A stretch of DNA of 64,000 bases from Octopus bimaculoides (Eukaryota): the NCBI RefSeq assembly GCF_001194135.2, contig NC_068986.1, positions 38,261,178-38,325,177 of the forward strand, read 5' to 3'. Made by a program: the position numbers and the translations under genes. Numbering within the stretch: position 1 is the first letter of the stretch; the number at the start of each line of letters is the position of its first letter. The notes beneath the pieces are model-generated. The model was given only the letters and a program-made list of their open reading frames with translations. It had not been told where the DNA came from and made no database searches. Shown piece after piece: positions 53,118 through 64,000 of this stretch.

Positions 53118-53555
53118 TTAACCCTTTTGATACAACCTGCCTGAGAGTATCACTGGTTCTATAATATAAACTTCCTGTTTTAAAGTAATCTTAAATTAAA
53201 AACTTCTATCAAAACACTATGTTCCATAAACTGTTTTAACACTTTTGATACCATATTTCTATTGAAATACACTGCCTTTGTTACAATTAATTTTTAAAAT
53301 AATTAAGAATTTTGTAAAATAATTCTGGTTATAATTAAGATGGTGTTTGGAATATAGCATAAAATTTTGGTGAAAGGCTTTGATTTTGATCACTTTGGCA
53401 GGATGTTCGTGTCATTGAACCAAGGGCAGTTTCAGATGAGTTGGTATCAAAAGGTTTAATAAACACAGCTATTTTACTCAATTCTTCATTATTTTCAAAA
53501 GTATTTGAAACTAAAGCAGCATATTTCAACAGAAATTTAGTAACAAAAGTGTTAA
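53118..53555 (+). mobile_element. TTAA MITE P2 with an inverted P2 copy nested at 53236-53459
   Basis: Outer ttaacccttttgatac...gtaacaaaagtgttaa. Inner ttaacacttttgatacc...ggtatcaaaaggtttaa, with TTAA on both sides. Confidence 0.8.
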
Positions 53556-54196
53556 TGTAGTTTTAGAAATATTTAATAAAAAAAAAAAATGTAGAGTGTC
53601 TTTGTGAGTTTTCAGTTTTAACTTCAAAATTTCCTTTTTAAATCGAACTGATACCATATCTATGGAGAACCATAATTATTTCTAAATGGTATCCATGCAA
53701 GTGTAAGACATTATGACATCATCAATACAAGCTTGAAATGAAAAGTGCATCATATAGTATCGTGTTGTTTAGTACCAGCTTTGACTGAGCAGATGTATAA
53801 TCAAAAGTATTCATGCCATGATCATATTTGGATTACATTATCCAATGATTCTGTCTTAAGATGATGGGGTATTTCATCTTCATGTAGTACCAAACTAGAT
53901 ACTGTCCCTTCCTCACCTATTAATTGAGGTACAAACACAAAATAAGTAAAGTGCAATGGCTCCCTTTGGGCTACAGAATTGACTTGTATGGCATGTACCA
54001 CCAACTCACTGGTTTTTACACAATGAATATTAAGAAATTTTGAACTAGGAAGAAAATGTTTTTGCAAATGGACAAGGTAAAGAAAATGTGTGTGAGAGAT
54101 AAAGTAAATATATATATATATATATACATGATTTTTAAGAAAGAAGCATTTTAATGAAAAAAGTATCTATTAATATTTTGTTGTATTTTATAACAG

Positions 54197-54385
54197 ATGC
54201 AGAAAAAAAATTATCGCAGCCAAAAGAAACAAGTTGCTCGTGAATTACTAACCACCTTGAGTGATCCCTCTGTCATCATTCTCGCAGATTGGTTGAAAAT
54301 CCGAGGGTCTCTGAAAAGTTGGACTAAGCTATGGTGTGTGTTAAAACCTGGCTTGCTGATACTTTACAAAAGTGAAAAACAGAAG
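54197..54385 (+). CDS. OSBPL8: ORP5/8-like exon, polybasic helix and start of PH domain
   Basis: taacag|ATG...AAG|gtaatt, 189 nt. MQKKNYRSQKKQVARELLTTLSDPSVIILADWLKIRGSLKSWTKLWCVLKPGLLILYK closely matches ORP8 VQKKNYREEKKRATKELLSTITDPSVIVMADWLKIRGTLKSWTKLWCVLKPGVLLIYK. Confidence 0.97.
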
Positions 54386-54522
54386 GTAATTGGATTATAT
54401 TTCTGTTTCTTTCTGAAAATATCCCTGACCATTTTCACCATTGTTCCACCGAAATTTTTATTTTTGCATGCAATGCATAGTGTTCTTCAGCTGTGTATCA
54501 CCACATATATCTGAAGAAGTCT

Positions 54523-54900
54523 GGCAATGTGACTGTGTAGTGAGAAGTTTGCTTCTCAACCACATAGTCTTGGGTTCTAGTCCCACAGCATAACACCTTG
54601 GGCAAGTCTCTCCTACTATAGCCTCAGGTGGACCAAAGCCTTGTGAGGGGATTTGGTAGACACAAACTGAAAAAAGCTTGTTGTATATATGTATGTGTGT
54701 GTTTTGTCCCCCACCACTGCTTGACAACCAGTGTTGGTGTGTTTACATCCCATAACTTAGCCGTTCGGCAAAAGAGGCCAATAAAATAAGTACCAGGCTT
54801 TAAAAAGAAAAAGGTACTAGGGTAAATTTGTTCAACTAAAATTCTTCAAGGCAGTGCCCCAGCTTGGCTGCAATTTGATGACCGAAGCAAGTAAAAGATA
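54523..54900 (+). mobile_element. SINE family A
   Basis: Full architecture, about 140 bp downstream of the PH exon donor. Confidence 0.85.
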
Positions 54901-55399
54901 AAACTCTAATTTTAAGATTTATTTTTAATAATTGTCTCATGTGCATTAGAAGATGTCCAAATAATGCTTATCATAATTTTATTCATTTTCCTGATTATTT
55001 TAATTGTCATAATTATTACTCAGTGCTTCATTTTCTTTTCAAATCTTCACAGCTTATTCTTTCCATAAATTCTACTTGTAATTAGCAGACCATTATTGAT
55101 AATTGCTGAGGAAAAGTAATTGCAGTGCTCTGCAGTCCACTTTTTGTCTATGCTGTGGCCACTACTGGAATCTAGAGGCACAGTGGAGAGAATACATTTT
55201 CAGACTGTTACGCTGCATCCCATATGGTTCATAATTGCTATTCAGAGTGTGCAGTTATAATTCTTAGTAAAGACAAAGGCATAGTATATCTTGAACAACA
55301 AGTTTGTAGGTTGTACTTTGTCATTCAGCTGATTATTTATGTGCCATAAGTCTACTTCATCATAGCTGACCTGGAGTTACACAACAACTACTAAAGTAT

Positions 55400-55830
55400 C
55401 GTTTAAAGCAACCAAATGCCTTTTACATTCTCTTATCTTGTTCAGATGAGAGGCCTAATTATCCTTGCACACAGCAACAGATTTCTCTTCTACCCAGTTT
55501 TTCTTTCAGTTCGTCTGTTCTCCATTGTTCATGCAAAATGACATCTGGTGGTGCATGCTCACTTCTTGTCTTTCCAGCCTTCACACATCTGTACATTTAG
55601 TTCTCATGTTTCACTGCCATACTCTATCACACTTTGTATGTAAGCATCATACAGTATGCATTTCACTCAGAGTCCTTTCATTTCCAGCAGCAATAACAGA
55701 TTCCTGAACTTTTCACATCCCATTCTTACTCTGGCTACTATACTTTCAGAACACTGACCTTTACTTCTGATTAGGTCACTTGGCTAACTCTATCTTTCAG
55801 CTACTTTTATAGGGAACCTTCTTGACTTCT
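55400..55830 (-). mobile_element. Degraded RTE LINE ORF2 fragment
   Basis: Minus frames give ARVRMGCEKFRNLLLLLEMKGL..LYDAYIQ..YGSET, homologous to about 59800-60050. Confidence 0.7.
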
Positions 55831-56394
55831 CTGACAACTCAGTTCATGGGTGATCTTACTGTTAGCTACCTCTTTGTATCTGTTACATACAAAATCCTTT
55901 TCTTCCCACATGGCAAGGAGCTTGGCATAGTCTTTTGACTTGCCAGCTTCTGTTAAATCGTCTCCATGCCAACATGGAAAATGGAAATTAAGAGATGATG
56001 TGGCAGTAAAGATTTTATTTGATTCTACTTGATTTGTTGCTTTGTTTCCATGGCTGAAACTTTTCTTCTAATTACCTTCTACATTTACCAGCCTCTGGTT
56101 GGAAAAATAAATGGTAATTTGACTGTGAGGACTTGGTTGTTGGTATACAAAGGTTCCTCTGAACAGCCAGTCTTGAACACCTCTTATAACCTGGAGAACT
56201 ATAATAAACAGGAGGAGTGAAGCCAAAATATGAACCTTGTGGGACATAGACCTGTATGTTAAATTCCTTGTGGTAGCTGTCACTTTAACAGTCCCATTGT
56301 ACTTGGCTTACACAACTCTCATGAGTCGTTCATTTACACACTGACCTTTTAGTGACCACTGCTGTATAAAGTCAAAAGCTTTCTCCACTTCACC

Positions 56395-56730
56395 ATCATC
56401 ATCATTACTCTTTAATGTCTATTTTCCATACTGGCATGAGTCGGATGGTTTAATAGAAGCTGGTGAGCTGCACCGGGCTCCAAATGTCTCTTTTGGCTTG
56501 GTTTCTATGGCTGGATGCACTTCCTAACATCAACTACTTACCAGAGTGTACTGGGTGCTTTTTACATGACACTAGTACGGATACATTTTATGTGGCACCA
56601 GCACAGATGCTTTTTAAGTGGAACTAGCATGGATGCCTTTTATGTGGCTCCAGTGCATGTGTTTTTGATGTGGCACCAGCACGGGTGGCTTTTACATGGT
56701 ACCAGCACCAGTGGGGTTGCCAAGTAACTT
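56395..56730 (-). mobile_element. RTE LINE 3' end
   Basis: catcatcatcattac..ggatgcacttcctaacatcaac..repeated ttttatgtggcaccagca units. Confidence 0.75.
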
Positions 56731-56909
56731 ACAGAACACTCTTAGGTGAGTGAGGGAGTGGAACCAAGGGAAGTGGTTGTGTGCCAGGTGAGAGGTTAGA
56801 GTGTGATAGAGAGACAGGGATAGTTTCTTACTATAAAGGAGATACTTGACTCCAGTAGGGCAAGGATGGAGAAGGAAAGTGGGAGAGTGTTAGAAAGATA
56901 GAGAGACTC

Positions 56910-56944
<35 letters not shown>

Positions 56945-57390
56945 AAGAAATAGATGGTGTTGGAGATGTACCCACAGGGAACAGTGGAGGGTGGTATAAG
57001 TAGTACATAGGGGATAGAGGGGAATGTTCCATTAGAGTGTAAGGGGATATATTTAGAGATGGGAGAAGACCAACAAAAATTAGATGTAGTTGCTTGCTTT
57101 TAGTTAAGAACTTCTTTTGAAGTAGTCATGCTAAGAAGAGGACATTAGTGATTCCCTATCCTGGCACTAACCCAAACAGCATCTCATCCGAGCTAATTAT
57201 TTTCCTAATTAGCTAAGATTGTGTGTGTGTATGAAATATATACTATATTTACACCTGTTTTTCCAGGCCACTTTTTTCTGTCTATAGGGGTACGTTATCC
57301 AATATTCTAAAGCTGTTTTCGCGATTGTTCTCCTGTATTTGAGATTTTCTGAATTTCTAAAGATAAGCACACACACACACACACACACAC

Positions 57391-57820
57391 NNNNNNNNNN
57401 NNNNNNNNNNNNNNNNNNNNNNNNNNNNNNNNNNNNNNNNNNNNNNNNNNNNNNNNNNNNNNNNNNNNNNNNNNNNNNNNNNNNNNNNNNNNNNNNNNNN
57501 NNNNNNNNNNNNNNNNNNNNNNNNNNNNNNNNNNNNNNNNNNNNNNNNNNNNNNNNNNNNNNNNNNNNNNNNNNNNNNNNNNNNNNNNNNNNNNNNNNNN
57601 NNNNNNNNNNNNNNNNNNNNNNNNNNNNNNNNNNNNNNNNNNNNNNNNNNNNNNNNNNNNNNNNNNNNNNNNNNNNNNNNNNNNNNNNNNNNNNNNNNNN
57701 NNNNNNNNNNNNNNNNNNNNNNNNNNNNNNNNNNNNNNNNNNNNNNNNNNNNNNNNNNNNNNNNNNNNNNNNNNNNNNNNNNNNNNNNNNNNNNNNNNNN
57801 NNNNNNNNNNNNNNNNNNNN
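57391..57820. other. Largest assembly gap (430 N)
   Basis: Flanked by (CA)n and (TA)n. Other gaps: 3768-3777, 9733-9742, 22561-22640, 29313-29322, 41859-41892 and 44346-44458. Confidence 0.99.
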
Positions 57821-57868
57821 TATATATATATATATGTATACATACTTTATTAATAAAGCTGCAAAGAC

Positions 57869-58024
57869 ATCACAAAAACTGTTACTCTGAGTTTCACATT
57901 CCTGTTCATTGGACAGTTTTGGGCTGAGAATCTCAGCTAAAACTATCCAACAAACAGGAACGTGTCTCAACCAAAACTATCTGACGAATGGGAATGTGAA
58001 ACTCTGAGTAACAGTTTTTGTGAT
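57869..58024. repeat. 156-bp foldback with arms of about 60 bp and an internal partial arm duplication
   Basis: atcacaaaaactgttactctgagtttcacattcc... pairs with ...ggaatgtgaaactctgagtaacagtttttgtgat. Confidence 0.85.
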
Positions 58025-58111
58025 ACTCTGCCACTGGCTTTTGAGCACTATTTTTTCCACCTTGTTTCACATTTATGTGCTTACTCTGGTATATATATAT
58101 ATATATATATT

Positions 58112-58282
58112 CAAGAGTTATGGTATGAAGTAGATAAGATCTGGGCTACATACCGCAGGCTACTCTTCAAGCCAAGAGTAGCCTGTGGTATACACCTCAC
58201 CTGGATATGTACCGCTTCTGAGGTTCACTTGCTATGAAACGTATGTAGCTTGTTTCTTATCTACCCCATTCCATAACTCTTG
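58112..58282. mobile_element. 171-bp MITE-like element with TIRs of about 42 bp and an internal hairpin
   Basis: caagagttatgg..gtagataaga..gctacatac pairs with gtatgtagc..tcttatctac..ccataactcttg. It follows a (TA)n tract and has TA on its right flank. Confidence 0.65.
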
Positions 58283-58489
58283 TATTCTTATCCACACACT
58301 CTGTAAGCCTAGTCACCTACTATGAAATATAAAAGAACTTTTCTCAGCTTATCGAATTTCGATATGAAATAAATCCACAACCATCTGACTCAGTAAGCCA
58401 CTATTGTCCCTGAAAGTTGTTTTCTTTAATACTTACTACAGATTGCTTGAAGCTAACTTCTCACACCTCAATCCCTGGATCTTACACTT

Positions 58490-58563
<74 letters not shown>

Positions 58564-59167
58564 TGTTAAATGAGGCAACAAAGCCAAAGTGGTGTGAAAT
58601 TTTTAGGACATTTATAAAGAGAAAGGTAGTCTTAGAGCTGTTTCAGGGATATCGAAGATATCCCAACATCAGAGATGATATGAGAGAGCTAAATAGGAAG
58701 AAATAGTAGGGTTCAGTATAAGAAGTTATTTTGGAAAGGGATAGATATAGGAAGTATAAAGAGAATTATGAGAATAAAAATAAAATTATATATGTTGGAT
58801 GTTACAGTTGATAATATACTATTGAACCGGGAGTCTAACAGCAATCCTTCTATAGCTCTTACATAACCTTACCTGCCTTCTGTGTCTTCTGGATACCAAA
58901 ACCCCTCATATTATATATATATACATGTATTACAGCCAACTTTATATACTCTTCTAGTCACTGAATATACTTAAAATATACATCTAATATCATGCACATA
59001 CAAGTGTGTGTGTGTAGATATACACTTCTGTGCACATTTGAACTATTTTGATCCCTATCACTGGTTCCAGCCACATGGCTGTGCTAGTTTTTTTCTCCTG
59101 TATCAATAAATTTTGCTTCATATGTCATCTGAGAACTGCTTTATATTAAGTTTTTCTGCAATAATTA

Positions 59168-60550
59168 CATCATCATCATTTAATGTCCAGTTTGGATGTC
59201 ATCGTTATTTAACATCCATTGGACACTTTGACAAGAACTGGCCAACTGGAGAGCTGCTCAGGTTCCATGTCTGTTTTTGCGTGGTTTGTACAGCTGGATG
59301 CCCTTCTTAATACCAACCACTTTATAGAGTGTATTAGATGCTTTTATGCAGCACTGGCACAGGTGCGTTTACATGGCACTAATACAGGTGCTTTTTATGT
59401 GGCACCAGCACCCACAAGCCCGCAAGATTAGGAATGCTCAGCTGGAGAGGGATGCAAGGGACAAGCCTGTATGCAAGGACAACCATTCTTTTACTTAGTT
59501 TGGCATGTTTTCTCAAGCACAGCAAACCACCTGGAGTCTCAGTCCCCTGTCATCCCCTCTGTGAGTCCCAATGTCTGTAGATCCTTTCTCACCACTCATC
59601 CCACGTCTTCCTGGGTCCACCCCTTCCACATGTTCCTTCTACAATTAGAGATCAGCACCTCTTGATGCAACTCTCTTCATTCATATGCATTACATGGTCA
59701 TTCCAGTACAGTCTTCTCTCTTGCATTCTACATCTGGTGTCTTGTATACCCAGTTTTTCTCTCAAGTCACACTTTGTTGTATATGCATACTGACATTTAC
59801 CCATTCATGTCAGCACACTGACTTCATTTCTTTCAAGCCTTCACATATCCTCAGTAGCCACAGCCCATGTCCCACTCCCATATAGCATAAATGTTCATAC
59901 ACAGGCATTGTACAATGTCTTTCACTCTGAGAGAGAGAGGCCTTTCATTACTAACAAAGATACTAGCTCTCTGAACTTCACCCAGCCTATTCTTACTCTA
60001 GCAGCTGTGCTTTCGGAGCAACCACCCCTTTTTCCTCAATTGGTCACCTAAGAGATAGAAACTGTCTACTACTTCTAAGAACCCACCTCCCGCAACATTT
60101 GATGGGGTCTATTTTTTTGTTCATTCCTGGTGTTTAATCTACCTGCACATCTGCTGCACCTCTTATGTGTCCATAGCTTGCACTGAGTGCACCATATGGA
60201 GTTTCTCCTGACCCCTTTTCTATATATCAAGGAAAGACTTTGGTCTGCTAAATTTTCTCTAAGGCCCTTTGATTCCAGACTTTGCTTCCATCCCTGTAAT
60301 TTCTTCCCTGGTTCTGTTAGTGATTCAGCAATTAGAGCTCTCAAGGGTAACCAGTCTTAAATTCCTCAGTTATAGTTTGGAGGGCTATAAGCTGATCCCT
60401 GGTGGACTCCTACTTGAACACTAAAGTCCTTCATTGGTGACTCTCATCTTACTGACAGCATCCCTGTGCATGGCTTGTACAGCTCTCATCAGCCACTCAT
60501 CTATCCCTAGCTTCTACACTGCCCTCCAGATAAAGGAGCAGGGAACCCTA
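59168..60550 (-). mobile_element. 5'-truncated RTE-type LINE (RT remnant, C-terminus and 3' UTR with (gat)n tail)
   Basis: Minus translation KLGIDEWLMRAVQAM..VQVGVHQGS..LIAESL..WKQSLESKGLR..CTQCKLWTHKRCS..LEVVDSFY.LGDQ..GGCSESTAARVRIGWVKFREL. Frameshifted, and the YADD motif is missing. Confidence 0.92.
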
Positions 60551-60682
60551 TTTTATCAGTTATATGACTGTCTATGCTTTGAATTTTGAATTTAACTTAA
60601 ACAATTATGTAAACAGCTATCAGTTACTCACAAAAATGAACATTTTTTGTTAAGAAATGTTTATGTATTTTAACTTTAACAG

Positions 60683-60805
60683 AGTAGCCATTGGATTGGG
60701 ACAATCTTATTAAATACTTGCCGCTTAATTGAAAGACCCTCAAAGAAAGATGGATTTTGCTTCAAACTGTTCCACCCATTGGATCAGTCAATATGGGCCA
60801 CAAAG
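60683..60805 (+). CDS. OSBPL8: ORP5/8-like exon, PH domain (SSHWIGTILLNTCRLIERPSKKDGFCFKLFHPLDQSIWATK)
   Basis: ttaacag|AGT...AAG|gtatt, 123 nt, phase 0/0. Carries the ORP5/8 signature IERPSKKDGFCFKLFHPL. Missed by the ORF track. Confidence 0.97.
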
Positions 60806-61264
60806 GTATTTATTTTTAAATATTTAAATATTATTTTTATTTGGAATTTCTTTTATTTTTATTTTTATTATTTTTCTTTTATTATTTCTTTTATTGTCCT
60901 ACTTTTCTTCGCAAAGTATAATTTTTAATAAAAATTACAACTGTATTTTTGTGCAAACAAAAAATCAGCACTTGTTATACAAGCACCAGGAGTTCAAATC
61001 CTGCAGCTGCCATTGCATTGCACCTTTAAATAAGGCTGTTACTGTTAGTTGGAATGGCATTCCATTTCTGTCTTTTTTTGTGACCACATTTATAGCAACA
61101 CTGCCTATGTGTTTTAATTAATTATAAAAATAATTTAAAATTTGGAGGGATTTAGTAACATAAGTATTTTTACACTATCAAATTGGTGTCTAAGGTGGTT
61201 AACTGATAGAAATGTAAGTGTTGGAAAAACGCCATGTAGTAATTTCTTTCAGCTATACATTGTG

Positions 61265-61636
61265 AGTTAAAATCTCGCCATGGTCAACTTGGCTATTTAC
61301 TTTTTTGAGGTTGACAAAATAAAGTACCAGTGAAGTACTGGGGTACAGGCAGGCAACAACAGTATCAATGAATCCCTTTCTCTCAAAATTGCTGGCCTTG
61401 TACTTAAATTAGAAGTCATTGTTGAATTGGGAGTTGAGGTGGTGAATTGGCAGAAGTGTTAGCATATCAGGCAAAATGCTTAGTCGTATTTCGCTTGTCT
61501 TTAGCTTCTGAATTCAAATTTCACTGAGGTAAACTTTCAGGGTCAATAAATTAAGTACCAGTCAAATATTGGGGTCATTGTGATCAACTTAACCCTGCCT
61601 CATTTCAGGCCTTGTTCCTATAGTGGAAAAGATTAT
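61265..61636 (+). mobile_element. Two tandem family-B SINEs
   Basis: gagttaaaatctcgccatggtcaac..aaagtaccag, then ggtgaattggcagaagtgttagc..tcaggccttgttcctatag. Confidence 0.75.
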
Positions 61637-62457
61637 TAAATGGGGAGTTTAAAACATGACTTAAAAAAAGATTCTTACACAAAATTAGGATAGAAAAAAA
61701 TATGATAATTTAAATAGTAAAAATTTAAAACTAAAGAGATTCGCATCATAAAAACAGAAATAATTTCTGGGAAGTTGGCATCAAATAAGTTCACTTGAAG
61801 TTGAATTTTATCTACGAGTCTTGTAAGACTTGTAGAAAATGACATTTCGTTTCTACCCCAGACTACTTTGTATTTAGCTCTCTGGAAGGAGTTTATAATT
61901 TTTCGCTCCATTAAGATAAGCTAGTTTCTAGCACTTATGGCCCTTTAATTTATGAATTTTGACAAATCCTGTTCAAACTTGAAACTGTGCAAGATGTGAT
62001 TAGTCTCTTTCTTGCTTTCCAGGTCGATCAATTCTTTACAGTATATTTGAAGCCTTTTTGGTAGCTTTTATCATGATCTGTCCTAGACTTACTTCTTAGT
62101 ATATTCTTTCATGCTTGACCATTGAATTCATAACTAACACAAGGCCAGTTAATCTTGTTCATGTGGTCAGTCTTATTATATCTAATAATTCTTAATCCTT
62201 CTTATTGGAGGAGGAGTTTTCCAAGACAGAGCCTTCTTATATTGCATACATTAGTTATTTCTTCCTTACATGCTACTTTATTTTCAAATTCACATAGTTG
62301 TCATTATTTTTTAAACATAGTTAAATTGACAGTGTTTACCTTACTCATCAGGTTTATCAGTACTATTAAAATAGCTCCTATTCACAAACAATGTTTTATC
62401 TTGTGAATCTATGCTGGAGAGAGTTTCATCTAACGCTGCCTTCATTCTTTTAACCAG

Positions 62458-62542
62458 GGACCAAAAGGAGAGACAATTGGTGCCTTATTTCAGCCTCTGC
62501 CATATTCCCATCTAATATTCCGTGCTCCTTCAGAATCAGACG
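62458..62542 (+). CDS. OSBPL8: ORP5/8-like exon, PH domain C-terminal part (GPKGETIGALFQPLPYSHLIFRAPSESD-G)
   Basis: taaccag|GGA...GAC G|gtaag, 85 nt. Matches ORP8 GPKGEAVGSITQPLPSSYLIIRATSESDG. The ORD and TM exons lie beyond the window. Confidence 0.96.
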
Positions 62543-63276
62543 GTAAGACTATAAAGAACATATTAATTTTCAAAATGAAATCTTGAATTCTTCTTATAAA
62601 TCATTACTTGAAAATCCTTGCTTTTGATATGTTCCTTAATATACACTGGATTTATATTATGCAATAAAAGTGCAGGCATGCCCATGTTCACTTTCCAACC
62701 ACATGGCTAAGGGTTCAATTCCACTGCACAGCCCCAGACCATCCAAAGGCCTTGTGAGTAAATTTGGTTGATAGAAACCAAAAAGAAGCTCATAGTGTGT
62801 GTGTGTTTACATTTGTAGTCACTTATATAAAAGCTGCAACATTCAAGTGATGTTGTTGGCATTTCTGTCAGTCAATTACCTGTTCATTTTGTGTCTTTGA
62901 AACTGTTGAATAAGAGACCCTTACTTGAAAAAATGCAGGCAAGGGTTAACATCAGGAAAGCCATCTTACTGTAAAACAGTGTCGCAGTAACATATTCATT
63001 TAACCCATGCTAGCATGGGAAAATGGACATGAGAAAATGAACAAACAAATACAAATTATCTCACTTATGACAATGTCTGTTAATTATTCATTTTGCTTCA
63101 TTAATGTTGCCATATTAAGCAGTTTTTCTCTTTTTCACTCAAGTGACTATTTTCCTTTTTATTTTCCTTTTTTTCAATCAAGCTTCTCACTAAAATTAAT
63201 TCTATTTTGTCTCTTCTGTGAATGAAACAATTTGAACAGTTTCAATCAATCTTAAGTCTTTTAATGTTTGCTATAT

Positions 63277-63495
63277 TTAACCCTTTATCATTTAAACTGC
63301 CTATATCCAGCCCAAATATTCTACATGTTTTACATTCAAACTGGCCATATCAAGCCTCTTACACCTATCCTGCACTGACATTCTAACAATAAATAATCAC
63401 ATCTTTGAAACCTCAAAGCTATATAAGATAATACATGATTAATTCAAAACAATTTGAATAAAAAAAGCATTACAATCTGAATGCTAAAGGGTTAA
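63277..63495 (+). mobile_element. piggyBac-like MITE P1
   Basis: ttaaccctttatcatt...aatgctaaagggttaa, with TTAA/CCC termini. Confidence 0.85.
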
Positions 63496-64000
63496 ATAGA
63501 TGGCAGTTCATAAAAAATGATACAATACCAAAAAAAAAAAAGCCTTGCAGTTAGAGCCTTTCACATTCTGAGTTCAAATCTTGCGAAGGTCAACTTTGCT
63601 TTTCATACTTCTGAAGTTAGTAACAGAAAATACTAGTCAAGTACTGGTAATCAGCTAAGAGCAATGAAATGACAATCACTAAAGCATTGAACAGAACACC
63701 TAACATATTTTTTTCTAGCTCTCTGTGCTCTGAGTTCAAATCTCATCAGATTCAATTTTATTTTTATTTCCGTTTAGTCAATAAATAGTGCACCAGTCCA
63801 GGGTTGTAATACCTGTTTCAGGTGTTTTGCATTCGAAGTTCAAACCTCACTGATATAGTAAAGGTTAATTATCTGACTATGGGGCCATAACTGATTGTGT
63901 ATGCTGCACTGTTGTGGTTGTCTGTTAAAAAGACATCTGGCCCCTGATGATGATTGTGGGGCGGGGTGGGTGCAGTATCATCAAAAGTGCCCCTTCTTGC

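Noticed and set aside
54386-54514. C-terminal part of ORF 54197-54514 as coding
   Set aside because: Homology stops at the gt donor at 54386 and resumes in exon 60683, so the remainder is intron read-through.
57209-57970. Longest ORF in the track (253 aa)
   Set aside because: It is mostly N-gap plus microsatellite and foldback sequence.

Overview
AT-rich, microsatellite- and SINE-dense animal genomic DNA. The repeat families look like those of Octopus/coleoid cephalopods (inferred from memory, not a database search). It is a draft assembly with 7 N-gaps. One protein-coding gene is supported: the 5' part of an ORP5/ORP8-type oxysterol-binding protein-related lipid transfer gene (OSBPL8-like) on the + strand. 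Six GT-AG exons (39597-39711, 49649-49710, 50503-50580, 54197-54385, 60683-60805, 62458-62542) splice in frame into 217 codons covering the N-terminus, the polybasic segment and most of the PH domain; the gene continues past the window end. The rest is intron or upstream sequence filled with tRNA-head SINEs, RTE-type LINE fragments and their 3' ends, a Tx1/L1-like fragment, TTAA-flanked piggyBac-like MITEs, Helentron/Helitron-like elements and foldback elements. Almost all other ORFs in the track are noise from microsatellites or repeats. I cannot demonstrate a new biological system. The best leads are several unexplained long hairpins (notably 40737-40858), a chimeric SINE carrying the RTE LINE tail, an RTE RT remnant with an internal Cys/His finger, and several nested or inverted insertions that could form dsRNA. 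Exon, gap and hairpin coordinates were counted by hand; repeat boundaries are approximate.
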